The translations under genes and the position numbers were made by a program. A stretch of DNA of 64,000 nucleotides from an uncultured Candidatus Rokubacteria bacterium (lineage in GTDB: Bacteria; Methylomirabilota; Methylomirabilia; Rokubacteriales; CSP1-6), in contig CAVWWD010000003.1 of assembly GCA_963758635.1 (NCBI GenBank), forward strand, positions 1-64,000, in the 5' to 3' direction. Shown one piece after another: positions 22,310 through 31,181 of this stretch (positions are counted from its first letter, which is position 1; each line of letters opens with the position of its first letter). Below the pieces are notes generated by a model that was given only the letters and a program-made list of their open reading frames with translations, searched no databases and had not been told where the DNA came from.

Positions 22310-22964
22310 CTAGCGAGCTACCGGAAAACCTACGCGAGCTTGCGCTCCTTCAATGGCGCGATCTCCGCGACGGTGACACGTGGCAAGGGGATCTCGATCT
22401 GCTGGTGCGACGCGTCGCAAAAGAGGTGGGTGGCGTGTCGCTGCTGCGCAGACGGCGGATTCTCGCCGGTGGAGCAGGATTACTCGCGCTCGGAGTGGGT
22501 GGCTGGGCCGTGATTGGATACGTATGGCAGCCGAAGCCCGACCTTTCCACGGAGCCTATAGTGATCTTCGAAAGCGGCAACGACATAGACGTGACACAAC
22601 GTGTGGGGGGCCCACCCGAACCGACCGTCTTCGTCACTACGCAATCGTACTTCGTCAGCCACATCCACACCTATCACTGGAACGGGGGTCAGGGTGCTAC
22701 GCCCGATCGAGTCAGGCTCCGCCGGTCGGACGGGAAGGTCTACGGTCCATGGGAGGTGAGGGCCTATCCGGGACATAAGAACGCGCCCAACGTGAATTGG
22801 GTCGTGGAACCAAAGTTTGTTCTACCGCCAGGGACCTATACCGTGGTCGATTCAAAACCGGATACCTGGTCGTTCAACGCGACCTCCGGTAACCGAGGCT
22901 TCGCCATCATCAAAGGACGTGCGCTGAAGTAACGTACCGAGCGCCTCAGCCTCGCTCGGCTGCG

Positions 22965-23804
22965 TTACTCGCTAGACGGGCGTCCTCGGATGCGGTGTGA
23001 CAGCCGGACGAGGGCGTACGACACGAGGCCCGAAGTCAGCATGAGTGCCGCGGACGGTCCGGGCACGCCGATCGGCGGTCCCCCATCTGGCGCCCGGTTG
23101 ACGACGCCCTCCGCCACGATGACGCGGAAATCCTCCCGGTCCGCGAAGCGGGGGTCGATCTCGATGAACGGATCGGCGATGGCGTGGAGCCCCTGGCCCG
23201 CTCCCTGGATGATCACGGCGAGCTGGAGACTGTCAACGTCCTCATCGGCGACCAGCGCCAGCGGAATGACCACGTGCCCTTCCCTGTCACTGCAGCCCGC
23301 GAAGGGGCCCCCAGGGATGCAGGCACTCAGCGTGACGGTCCTCCCGCCAACGCCTATCCAGGCCGTGAGATCCCGGACTGTGCTCGCGGAGCCGTCGAAC
23401 TCCACGAGCAGCAGCGCGTGGATGAGCAGGGGCACATCGACGCCCACCCCCTCGGGAAGCAGCGCGCCGACCCCGAACCGGTAGTTGACGATCGCGCTCA
23501 CCGTTCCCCCATCCGTCGACGAGAGCACGGCCTCGGCGGACGGCGGCGAGCCGCCCGGCAAGAGCGCACCGGTTCCGCTCGTTTCGGCCCGGCCGTGACA
23601 GCCGCCCACATCCACGACGATGCGCTCGGCGACGAGAGGATCCGTGCCGAAGAGCGTGGTACCCGGACAGGTAACCCGCTCTGTGAATCGGGCGTGGGGA
23701 ACCTCCGGGAGTGCGCTCGCCGTCGTTCGCCCTCCCACGACGAGCCCAAGGACGGTGCACACGATCACGGTCGCGCATCGAGGCGCCGCACGGTAGCCGA
23801 TCAT
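22965..23804 (-). CDS. secreted protein with PEP-CTERM-like (VPGP) sorting tail
   Basis: N-terminal signal; C-terminus GVPGPSAALMLTSGLVSYALVRLSHRIRGR = motif + TM + basic tail. Confidence 0.65.
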   Translation of the reverse strand: MIGYRAAPRCATVIVCTVLGLVVGGRTTASALPEVPHARFTERVTCPGTTLFGTDPLVAERIVVDVGGCHGRAETSGTGALLPGGSPPSAEAVLSSTDGGTVSAIVNYRFGVGALLPEGVGVDVPLLIHALLLVEFDGSASTVRDLTAWIGVGGRTVTLSACIPGGPFAGCSDREGHVVIPLALVADEDVDSLQLAVIIQGAGQGLHAIADPFIEIDPRFADREDFRVIVAEGVVNRAPDGGPPIGVPGPSAALMLTSGLVSYALVRLSHRIRGRPSSE

Positions 23805-23850
23805 GGGATCGCGCCCTCCCTTCCGTCGCCAGCGCAATGACTCAGGACCG

Positions 23851-24453
23851 TCACGGGAGGTCCACCAGGTGGCCCGAGACGGTGAAGACCGCAGTGACCT
23901 GACCGTCGCTCGCGCTGCGCTCGACGACCGCGAAGCCGGAGCCGAGGCCGCCCCCCAGCGTGTAGAGGCGGATCGGCTGGCTGGTCACCCAGTGGCCGAA
24001 GCTCTGGGAGGTGAGGACGAGGGCGTGCTCAACGTCGCTGCCGGCCTTGATGCGCGCCAGCACCCGCTGGCCAACCGGCACTACCGCGTCGACGGTGACG
24101 TGCTCGATCACCAGCCGCTTGCCCTCGGGCGCCGGCGGGATGATGCTCTGCTGCGCTCCGGTTCCCTCCGGGATCACCATGACCACCTCGGCCTGGAAGG
24201 GCTGAAAGGCCGGGTTCTGCGCGTCGCGGACGAACGCCGCGTTGTTCGCGCGGTTGACCACCGTCACCTTCGCGTTGTTCACCACATTCACGTCGGTGGC
24301 CGCGGCCGCCGGCGATGACCACCAGAGGACGCCCGACGCGGCGAGGAGGCCCGCCGCCCCCACGCGCCAGAGGCGCCGGAGCCTCCGCGACGCGGGCGCT
24401 GCTCCGGGGGTCGGGACGCCGAGACGGTTGGCGATTCGCACGGTCGTTGTCAT
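23851..24453 (-). CDS. secreted hypothetical protein
   Basis: GAGAGGAG RBS; signal ending SPAAAA; DVNVVN..VRDAQNPAFQPFQ..PEGKRLVIEHV..SGHLVDLP beta-rich domain. Confidence 0.7.
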   Translation of the reverse strand: MTTTVRIANRLGVPTPGAAPASRRLRRLWRVGAAGLLAASGVLWWSSPAAAATDVNVVNNAKVTVVNRANNAAFVRDAQNPAFQPFQAEVVMVIPEGTGAQQSIIPPAPEGKRLVIEHVTVDAVVPVGQRVLARIKAGSDVEHALVLTSQSFGHWVTSQPIRLYTLGGGLGSGFAVVERSASDGQVTAVFTVSGHLVDLP

Positions 24454-24623
24454 GGATTCTCCTCTCAGAGCGCGGGTCGGGTTGCTCTCCCAAGCCTCGC
24501 GTGGGGGCGTCATCGCAGCGTCATCGCAGCCGTCATCGGCGCCCCGGGCGCCTTGACCCTCGGCGAGCGCGATTGATACAGTCGGCTCGGGCTTGCGGCG
24601 CCGCTCGGCTACCCGCGACGGTC

Positions 24624-27600
24624 ATGGAATCGCTGACGGTCAGGCTCTTCGGAAAGTTCGAGCTTCGGGGCGCCGGTGAGCGACCGCTCGCGCTTCCCTC
24701 GAGGAAGGCCCAGGCCCTGCTGGCCTATCTCGCGATGCGCCCAGGTCAGCGCCACGCGCGCGAGCAGATCACCGCGCTCCTTTGGCCCGAGACTGACGAC
24801 GGCCGGGCGCATCACAGCCTTCGCCAGGTGCTCTTCGTGACGCGGAGGGCGCTGGCCCCGGCCGACCCGCTCCTCACCGCCGACGCGCTGGTCCTCGATC
24901 CCGCGGTGGTGGACGTGGACACCGTGGCGTTCGAGCAGCTGAGCGCCGCGGGGACCCCCGAGGCACTGGAGCGGGCGGTCGCGCTCTACCGGGCGGATCT
25001 GCTCGAGGGCTTCCCGCATGCGTCGGCGCCATACGAGGAGTGGCTCTGCACCGAGCGCGAGCGCCTCCGGGAGCTCGCGGGCGACGCGCTGGCCAAGCTC
25101 CTCGCGCACCAATCGAGCGCGTGCGAGACGGAGCCCGCCATCCGGACCGCGCTCAAGCTCCTCGCCCTGGATCCGTTGCAGGAGCCGGTCCATCGGGCGC
25201 TCATGAGCCTGTACGCCCGGCAAGGACGGCGCGCGACCGCGCTCCGCCAGTACCAGATCTGCGTGGTCACCCTCAGGCGGGAGCTCGGCGTCGAGCCCGA
25301 GGCCGAAACGCGCGCCCTGTACCGGGAGATCCTGCCCCGCTCGGGCCCGAGCCTCGGGCCCGGGGTCGACGGCCTGGCCGGGCCTTCCCGGCTCCTCCGG
25401 CGACGGGACGAATCCGAGGCCCCGCTGGTCGGCCGCGACGCCGAGATGCGGCAGCTTCGTGCCGCGCTGGGCGAGGCCTGGTCGGCGGAGGCGCGCACGA
25501 TCGTTATCGGGGGCGAGGCGGGGATCGGGAAGAGCCGGCTGGCCGCCGCGCTGGCCGAGGAGGCGATCGCCCGGGGTGGGCGCGCCCTGCTGGCCCGGGC
25601 CTGGGAGTCCGAGCAGCTTCCCTTCCAGCTCTGGATCGACGCAGTGCGGGACGCCGGCGTCCTGCTGGACCGCGACCTGGTCGAGGCCCTGCCCGCGCGG
25701 GTCCGCTCCGAGCTCGCGCGGCTCTTCTCGGAGCTGGGAGGGCCCGCGGCGCCGCGGGCGTCCGGCGGAGCGGGCGCGACGCTCCTGTTCGACGCGATGC
25801 GCGAGCTGCTCGCGCGGCTCGCCGAGCGCCAGCCTCTCGTCCTGGTCCTCGACGACGTCCACTGGGCCGACGAGATGAGCCTGCAGCTCCTGTCCTTCCT
25901 GGCCCGCCGGCTGCGTGGCACGCTCGTGGTGGCGACGGCCAGGGACGAGCAGCTCGACGACGCGACCGGGCTTCGGGGCCTCGTCGACGACCTGGAGCGA
26001 GAGGGGCGGGCGCGGCCGCTCCGCCTCGCCGGCCTCTCCCGGGGCGAAACGGAGGTGCTCGTCCGCGCCCTCGCCCGTACCGGCGCGGAGCCGTACTGGC
26101 TGGCCCTGGCCGGCGACCGGGTCTGGACGCTCAGCGAGGGCAACCCGTTCGTGATCGTGGAGTGCATGCGGACCTTGCCCCGCGCCGGAGCGGACGAGAA
26201 CGTCTCGCTGCCGCCGCGCATCCGCGACCTGATCACGGCGCGCGTGGACCGGCTGAGCGAGGCGGGCCGGCAGCTGGCGGCGGTGGCTGGCGTGATCGGA
26301 CGCGAGTTCGCCTTCGGCGTCGCTCAGCAGGCCGCGGGCCTCTCCCCCGAGGCCGCCGCCGAGGCCGCCGAGGAGCTGGTCCGCCGCCGGGTCCTCGACG
26401 CCGCAGGCGAGCGGTTCCGGCTCACCCACGACCGCATCCGTCGGGTGCTCTACGAGCGACTGCTCGCGCCGCGCCGGCGCCTCCTCCACGAGCGCGTGGC
26501 TGAGGCCCTGGAGGCGGAGCACGCGGGGCGCCTCGACGAGGTCGCCGACCAGCTCGCGCACCACTACGCGCAGGCGGGCGTGGCGGAGCGCGCGGTGGCC
26601 TGGCTGGGCGTGCTCGTGCGCACCGCGCTGCAGCGCTACGCCTTCGCGGAGGCCGAGCGCTGGATTGATCACGCCCTCGCGCTCACCGAGCAGGTGCCCC
26701 CGCTCCTGCGCGACCGCCTGTACCTGCCGCTCGTCATCCGCCGGAAGGCCTACTCGCTGTCGCTGCGCGGCTGCTCGCGGGAGGTGCTCGACCTCCTGCA
26801 GCCGCTCCAGGACCGCGTGCAGGCCGTTGGGGAGCCGGGCCTGGCTGGCTGGTACTTCCTCCGGTTGGCGTACGCCCACAACTACCTGGGCTCGCCCGAC
26901 GAGACCCGCGCGACGGCGACGCGCGCGCTCGACGAGGCCCGCCGGAGCGGAGACCCGGAACTGATCGCGTGCGCTCACTGCGCGCTCGCGATGAGCCAGT
27001 ACTGCATGGGGGAGCCGCGCGTCGGCGCCGATCACGCCCGCGAGGCCATCGCGGCGCTCAGCGCCCGGCCGCCCGTCGTCTGGCTCGGCTATGCCCATGC
27101 CTACCTCGCCGGCAACCTCTACTTGCTCGGCGAGCTCAGGGCCGCGCTGGCGTCGGCCGAGACCGCGGCGACGATCGGGGCGAGCATCGGCGAGACTGTC
27201 GTCCAGGTCGAGGCGGGCCTGGCCGCGGGCCGCATCCGCGTGGCCTGCGGCGACTGGGAGCACGTGGCCGAGGACTGCCGCGTCGCGCTCGAGAGCCAGT
27301 CGGAGCTGAGCCGGGCCGCGGGGACGGCTCTCCTGGGCTACGCGCGCCTCGATCGCGGGGAGGCCGCGGAGGCGCTCCCCTTGCTCCGGGGCTCGGTCGA
27401 GCAGCTCACCCGCCTGGGGCTACGCTACCTCGCGGGCCGCTTCATGCCTGCGCTGGCCGAGGCCTGGCTCGCCGTGGGCGATCGCGCACAGGCGCGCTCG
27501 TGGGCCGAGCAGGCATGCGCGCTCAACGGGCAGATCCGGTCACGCTGGGCGCTGGGCCTCGGCCAGCGCGCGCTCGCCCGGGTGGCGTGGGCCGACGGCG

Positions 27601-27845
27601 CGCTCGCCGAGGCGGGCCGCGAGGTCCGCCGCGCGCTGGCGACGTTCGCCGAGGTCCCGATGCCGTACGAGCTCGCCCTGACCCATCAGCTCCTGGGCGA
27701 GCTGGCTGCGGTCACCGGCGAGCCGAGCGACGCCGCGGCGAGCTTCCGCCAGGCGCGGTCCCTGCTGCGGAGCCTGGACCTGCCGAAGCGCGTGGCCGAC
27801 GTGGAGCGGCGGGCCCGAGCGCTCGCGCTACCACTCGAGAGCTGA
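24624..27845 (+). CDS. SARP/BTAD transcriptional regulator fused to AAA ATPase and TPR repeats
   Basis: SRKAQALLAYLA, LDPLQEPVHRALMSLY (BTAD), Walker A GEAGIGKS, LDDVHWAD, EGNPF. Confidence 0.9.
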   Translation: MESLTVRLFGKFELRGAGERPLALPSRKAQALLAYLAMRPGQRHAREQITALLWPETDDGRAHHSLRQVLFVTRRALAPADPLLTADALVLDPAVVDVDTVAFEQLSAAGTPEALERAVALYRADLLEGFPHASAPYEEWLCTERERLRELAGDALAKLLAHQSSACETEPAIRTALKLLALDPLQEPVHRALMSLYARQGRRATALRQYQICVVTLRRELGVEPEAETRALYREILPRSGPSLGPGVDGLAGPSRLLRRRDESEAPLVGRDAEMRQLRAALGEAWSAEARTIVIGGEAGIGKSRLAAALAEEAIARGGRALLARAWESEQLPFQLWIDAVRDAGVLLDRDLVEALPARVRSELARLFSELGGPAAPRASGGAGATLLFDAMRELLARLAERQPLVLVLDDVHWADEMSLQLLSFLARRLRGTLVVATARDEQLDDATGLRGLVDDLEREGRARPLRLAGLSRGETEVLVRALARTGAEPYWLALAGDRVWTLSEGNPFVIVECMRTLPRAGADENVSLPPRIRDLITARVDRLSEAGRQLAAVAGVIGREFAFGVAQQAAGLSPEAAAEAAEELVRRRVLDAAGERFRLTHDRIRRVLYERLLAPRRRLLHERVAEALEAEHAGRLDEVADQLAHHYAQAGVAERAVAWLGVLVRTALQRYAFAEAERWIDHALALTEQVPPLLRDRLYLPLVIRRKAYSLSLRGCSREVLDLLQPLQDRVQAVGEPGLAGWYFLRLAYAHNYLGSPDETRATATRALDEARRSGDPELIACAHCALAMSQYCMGEPRVGADHAREAIAALSARPPVVWLGYAHAYLAGNLYLLGELRAALASAETAATIGASIGETVVQVEAGLAAGRIRVACGDWEHVAEDCRVALESQSELSRAAGTALLGYARLDRGEAAEALPLLRGSVEQLTRLGLRYLAGRFMPALAEAWLAVGDRAQARSWAEQACALNGQIRSRWALGLGQRALARVAWADGALAEAGREVRRALATFAEVPMPYELALTHQLLGELAAVTGEPSDAAASFRQARSLLRSLDLPKRVADVERRARALALPLES

Positions 27846-28029
27846 CGCAGGGCCCTCGGGGCGTGGGCGAACATGAAGGGCCCAGGCGATTCCCAGCCTA
27901 CCCCTCGCGCTGGGGCGCTGTCCTCAGAGCAGGCGCGCCAGCACCTCCGGGGGACGTGGCGGCGAAGCGCGGGAAACGCCTCCAGCAGCCGGGCGATGTG
28001 GCTCACGACGGCCTCAGCGTACGCGTTAC

Positions 28030-28226
28030 GGGCGCTTGAGGCGGCGATGGTCAGGGTGAGGTCGGGCAGGTCGGCCGAGAGGAGACCGGCGGAGCGAAAC
28101 CCGACGCAACCCCGCGCAACCAGAGCGCTGCCGAAACGCAGCGCGGGGCTACGGATCGCTCCGTAACCCCGCGTCAAGAATTGGTGGAGCTGAGGGGGCT
28201 CGAACCCCTGACCCCAAGACTGCCAG
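28030..28226. repeat. att module 2: integrase tail, three arm-like boxes, hairpin, 45-bp tRNA-Ala 3' half copy (28182-28226)
   Basis: 28182-28226 identical to 33217-33261 and stops in the anticodon loop; CGAAACC/CGCAACC/CGCAACC at 28095, 28105, 28115. Confidence 0.92.
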
Positions 28227-28499
28227 AGCGCGAAGAAGATCATAAGTCATCGATAGATAAGAAGCGCCGCTCGGCAAAACGCGGCAAAAAGTAGCACCGG
28301 ACGCCACCCAGACGGCACCCGCTACGTGATCGCGAACCGCTGGGGCCGGGCGCGGCGGCGCGGTCGCCCCCGAAGCCTGCCCGGTTAGCCATGGTGCGCC
28401 GGCCAGGATCTTTGTTGGCGGCTAGGCGGCCCCGCGCACGTCGGCGCCGAGGGTGCAGCACGAGCTTTCCGCGGATGCCGAGGCGGGCCCCGCGGCAGC

Positions 28500-29240
28500 A
28501 CGAGTGGGCGCGGGCGACGTGCGTGTCCGTCTCCGTGGCCTCCATCGCGATGCCGCAGGCGAAGTCACCGGCCGGGTCCCGGTCGTCGGCGATTGCAGGA
28601 TGACGTACGACGCGCACGCGCCGCGCCCGAAGCGGACCTGCCCCGACTTCGTCCTCCGAGCCCAGCTTGTATCGCACGTAGCTGTACAGGCCGCGGCGGC
28701 TCTGCTCGTTGGCGGCCTTGTTGAACCGCGCCTGCTGCTGGTCGGCGACCAGCGCCCACTGCACGGCGTCCAGGATGTTGCGGTCGAGGATCTTCAGCTC
28801 GCGCAACATGTCGAGCGTGTTGCGGCGGGCCTCGCTGAGGGACACGCCGGGCCGGGCCGCAAACACCTCCGGCCGCAGCAGCGACGCGATGGAGTGAGCG
28901 TAGCCCTGGAACAGAGGCTGCTCGTCCCGGGCCACACGTACGAGGGCCTCAAGGATGCGCGCGCCATACGGGTAGAAGTTGAGCACCTCGCCGATGGCGC
29001 TGCGGTACTCGAAATGGAACCAGCCGGCGGCCTCGAGCCGGCCGACGAGCCGGCGGAGGTGGCCCGCAGCTGGGCCGCCTCGTCGGGTGATGCCTCTCCG
29101 GCGTCGTCGGAATCCACGGCCAGCGCCAGCAGCTCATCACGACGGTCCGACCACGCCGGCGACTCCCGGACCAGCTCCTCGGTCGTGTCGACGACGACGC
29201 TCCGGAGCAGGAAGAACGGCTCGCGCTCGAACTCGTAAGA
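28500..29240 (-). pseudogene. Wadjet remnant: internal jetA (DUF5716-type) fragment fused to an N-terminal jetC (SMC-like) fragment
   Basis: RLEAAGWFHFEY..VLNFYPYGARILEAL..FQGYAHSIASLL..NTLDMLRELKILDRN, then ILDAVQWALVADQQQARFNKAANEQSRRGLYSYVRYKLGSEDE; recognised from family memory. Confidence 0.65.
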
Positions 29241-29422
29241 CCCTACCGCACGCCTGATCGGTTGGCTACTTGGCGGCCGTCGGCGGCAGAGACGAGGGCT
29301 CCCTTTCGCCTGCGCCTCTCCCATGGAACTGCCACCGGGAATGAGGTCCCGAAGTCGCGCTGCACGCGACGCTGATTCGGCGTGACCGGTGAGCTGGCGG
29401 TCCCTCATCGTGCCCGACCGAT

Positions 29423-29452
29423 CCCGTAAACCGTAAATATGGCAATATGGGA
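29423..29452 (+). promoter_or_regulatory. candidate antitoxin autoregulatory operator
   Basis: CCGTAAA CCGTAAA TATGGCAA TATGGGA: tandem half-sites in inverted arrangement directly before the antitoxin start. Confidence 0.4.
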
Positions 29453-29455
29453 TCG

Positions 29456-29854
29456 ATGAAGACGACCATCGAGATCCCTGATCGGCTGTTTCGCAAGGCC
29501 AAGTCGAAGGCCGCTGAGCGCGGTCAGACGCTCAAGGAACTCTTGACGGAAGCCTTGCAGGAAAAGCTCGCGCTCAGTGCGGGCCGAGCTGGTCGCGGTG
29601 AGCCCGGGTGGATGGGCGGGTTCGGCAAGCTCCGCCGTCTCCGCAAGGAGACGAAGCGCATCCAGGCTCGGATCGACGAAGCGTTCGAGGTCATCGAGCT
29701 CGAGGATGTCCGGGTTGGGCTCAAGCGAACAGGTCGACCGATCCCGGCAAACGATGCCTGGATCGCTGCTCTCGCGCTACAGCATGGGCTGCCGGTCCTG
29801 AGTCGAGACCGGCACTTTGACGCAGTGCCGGGCCTCGAGCGCGCGGGATGGTAG
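29456..29854 (+). pseudogene. RHH-type antitoxin (VapB-like) fused in frame to the C-terminal part of a PIN toxin (VapC-like)
   Basis: MKTTIEIPDRLFRKAKSKAAERGQTLKELL, then GRPIPANDAWIAALALQHGLPVLSRDRHF; PIN N-terminal (LDTN) part absent. Confidence 0.75.
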
Positions 29855-29899
29855 CAGAACACTGGCGGGATCGGCTGGCGTGACCCGGCGTGGCCCCCG

Positions 29900-30050
29900 T
29901 GTGACCAAGCGGTCGTTGCAGTCGGCGTACCCCAAGACCAGTCCGAACAGGCGCTGACGCACCAACTGCAACCCCGACATGCTGGACTTTGCCCGGGTGG
30001 CGGCCATCCCGCAGGCAGCGGGCGACGGCCGCCGTGACCCCGGCTGCCGA
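29900..30050 (-). mobile_element. IS1380-family transposase fragment
   Basis: LRDGRHPGKVQH + LVRQRLFGLVLGYADCND across a frameshift. Confidence 0.65.
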
Positions 30051-30056
30051 TCGACG

Positions 30057-30097
30057 GCCTTGAGCAGTCACGCATGAAGCCTTGAGCAGTCACGCAT
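30057..30097 (+). repeat. 19-bp direct repeat with 22-bp period
   Basis: GCCTTGAGCAGTCACGCAT at 30057-30075 and 30079-30097. Confidence 0.9.
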
Positions 30098-30191
30098 TGA
30101 AGCGGGTCGAATAGCGCGTACGGTATCTACTCGGATGCCGACGAACGCTCTCATTGAATAAGCGGAAGTAAGAAGTAAGAGGAGTAGGGAA

Positions 30192-30716
30192 ATGATCAGA
30201 ACGAGCGTGATTGCAGCTTGCTTGCTCTTGGGTCTAAGCGCGGGGGCACAAGCGACGCCTGTTTCAGAAGTCGAGCCCAACGATACGTTCTCAACTGGCC
30301 AGAACGTCGGACCACACGACGGAAGCCTTAGCATCACCGGCTTTCGCGAAGATGGCGACGTCGACTTTTTCCGGTTTCAGGGAACCTCAGGGGATGTAAT
30401 CACCTTGGAAACTTTCGACTTGGGCGGCGGAACATTTTTCGATTCCGTGATTGTGCTGTGGGACCCATCGGGGGCTGAGATTGCCTTCGATGACGACAGT
30501 GGCGCTTGTCTTTTTTGTTCAAGGCTTGATTTCACGCTAGTAGGTTCCGGCCTTTTCGAGGTCTCCGTGTCAGGCTTCTTCTCCAGCGACACGTTCAACT
30601 ATCGCCTTGACATAAGCGGCTTGACGCCAGTGAGTGCCGTTCCCGGGCCAGGCACGTTAGCCCTTCTCGGACTCGGTTTTGCCGGTTTTGCGGCGACGCG
30701 TCGCCGCAAGCAGTAA
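30192..30716 (+). CDS. secreted PPC-like (pre-peptidase C-terminal) domain protein with PEP-CTERM-like VPGP tail
   Basis: signal peptide ending AQA; EVEPNDT, DVDFFRF, DSVIVLWDPSG..FDDDSG; VPGPGTLALLGLGFAGFAATRRRKQ; lower GC than flanks. Confidence 0.8.
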   Translation: MIRTSVIAACLLLGLSAGAQATPVSEVEPNDTFSTGQNVGPHDGSLSITGFREDGDVDFFRFQGTSGDVITLETFDLGGGTFFDSVIVLWDPSGAEIAFDDDSGACLFCSRLDFTLVGSGLFEVSVSGFFSSDTFNYRLDISGLTPVSAVPGPGTLALLGLGFAGFAATRRRKQ

Positions 30717-30739
30717 GCATCTTTCTCTTCTACAGGGAC

Positions 30740-30935
30740 CCATGTCCAACGTACCCCCGGGGATCCATGCGGACCGACAAGCCGCCCTTCAATGACGCGC
30801 GTGTGCATCGCGCCAGCTCTCATGCCGTCGACCGTCAGGCCATCAACGATTCCGTCTTCCTCAGGGGGAAGCGCAGTCCGGGTGCCTCTCGCGGCCTGCC
30901 CGAATGGATCTCCTCGCATCGACCAGCTGGAGCTA
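30740..30935 (+). pseudogene. internal fragment of a family-5 ABC substrate-binding protein
   Basis: MRTDKPPFNDARVHRASSHAVDRQAI resembles the PF.D.RVR.A...AIDR motif. Confidence 0.55.
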
Positions 30936-31181
30936 GCCAGCCCAAGAGCCCAGCCGCCCCGTCGGCCGGCTTACACGACTCACGGTCTCCCTGAGGCCGA
31001 ACCGTGAAGTGTCCCGGCTAGCCGCCGACGACCGAGCGCCGGCGCGGGAGCACGCGATACCGGTGCCATGATCGGACCGAGGCCCGGCCCCGGTCAACAG
31101 TGGCCCGGGATCGACGCCGAGGCTGGTGGGCGCGGAAGCCCTCGCGCTAGAATCCGGCCGGGAGGGCGCGCGCAGACCCCC

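Larger units (their letters stand above)
20487..22932 (+). pseudogene. TIR domain - transmembrane helix - extracytoplasmic domain gene interrupted by IS701-family element
   Basis: IFLCYRRADAGGYAGRIFDRL..DWVRTEIAKAL (TIR_2-like); joining 20487-20830 to 22314-22932 gives one 320-aa frame. Confidence 0.85.

Noticed and set aside
28182..28226. second tRNA-Ala gene
   Set aside because: Only the 3' 45 nt are present, with no D arm or 5' acceptor strand; it is an att duplication.
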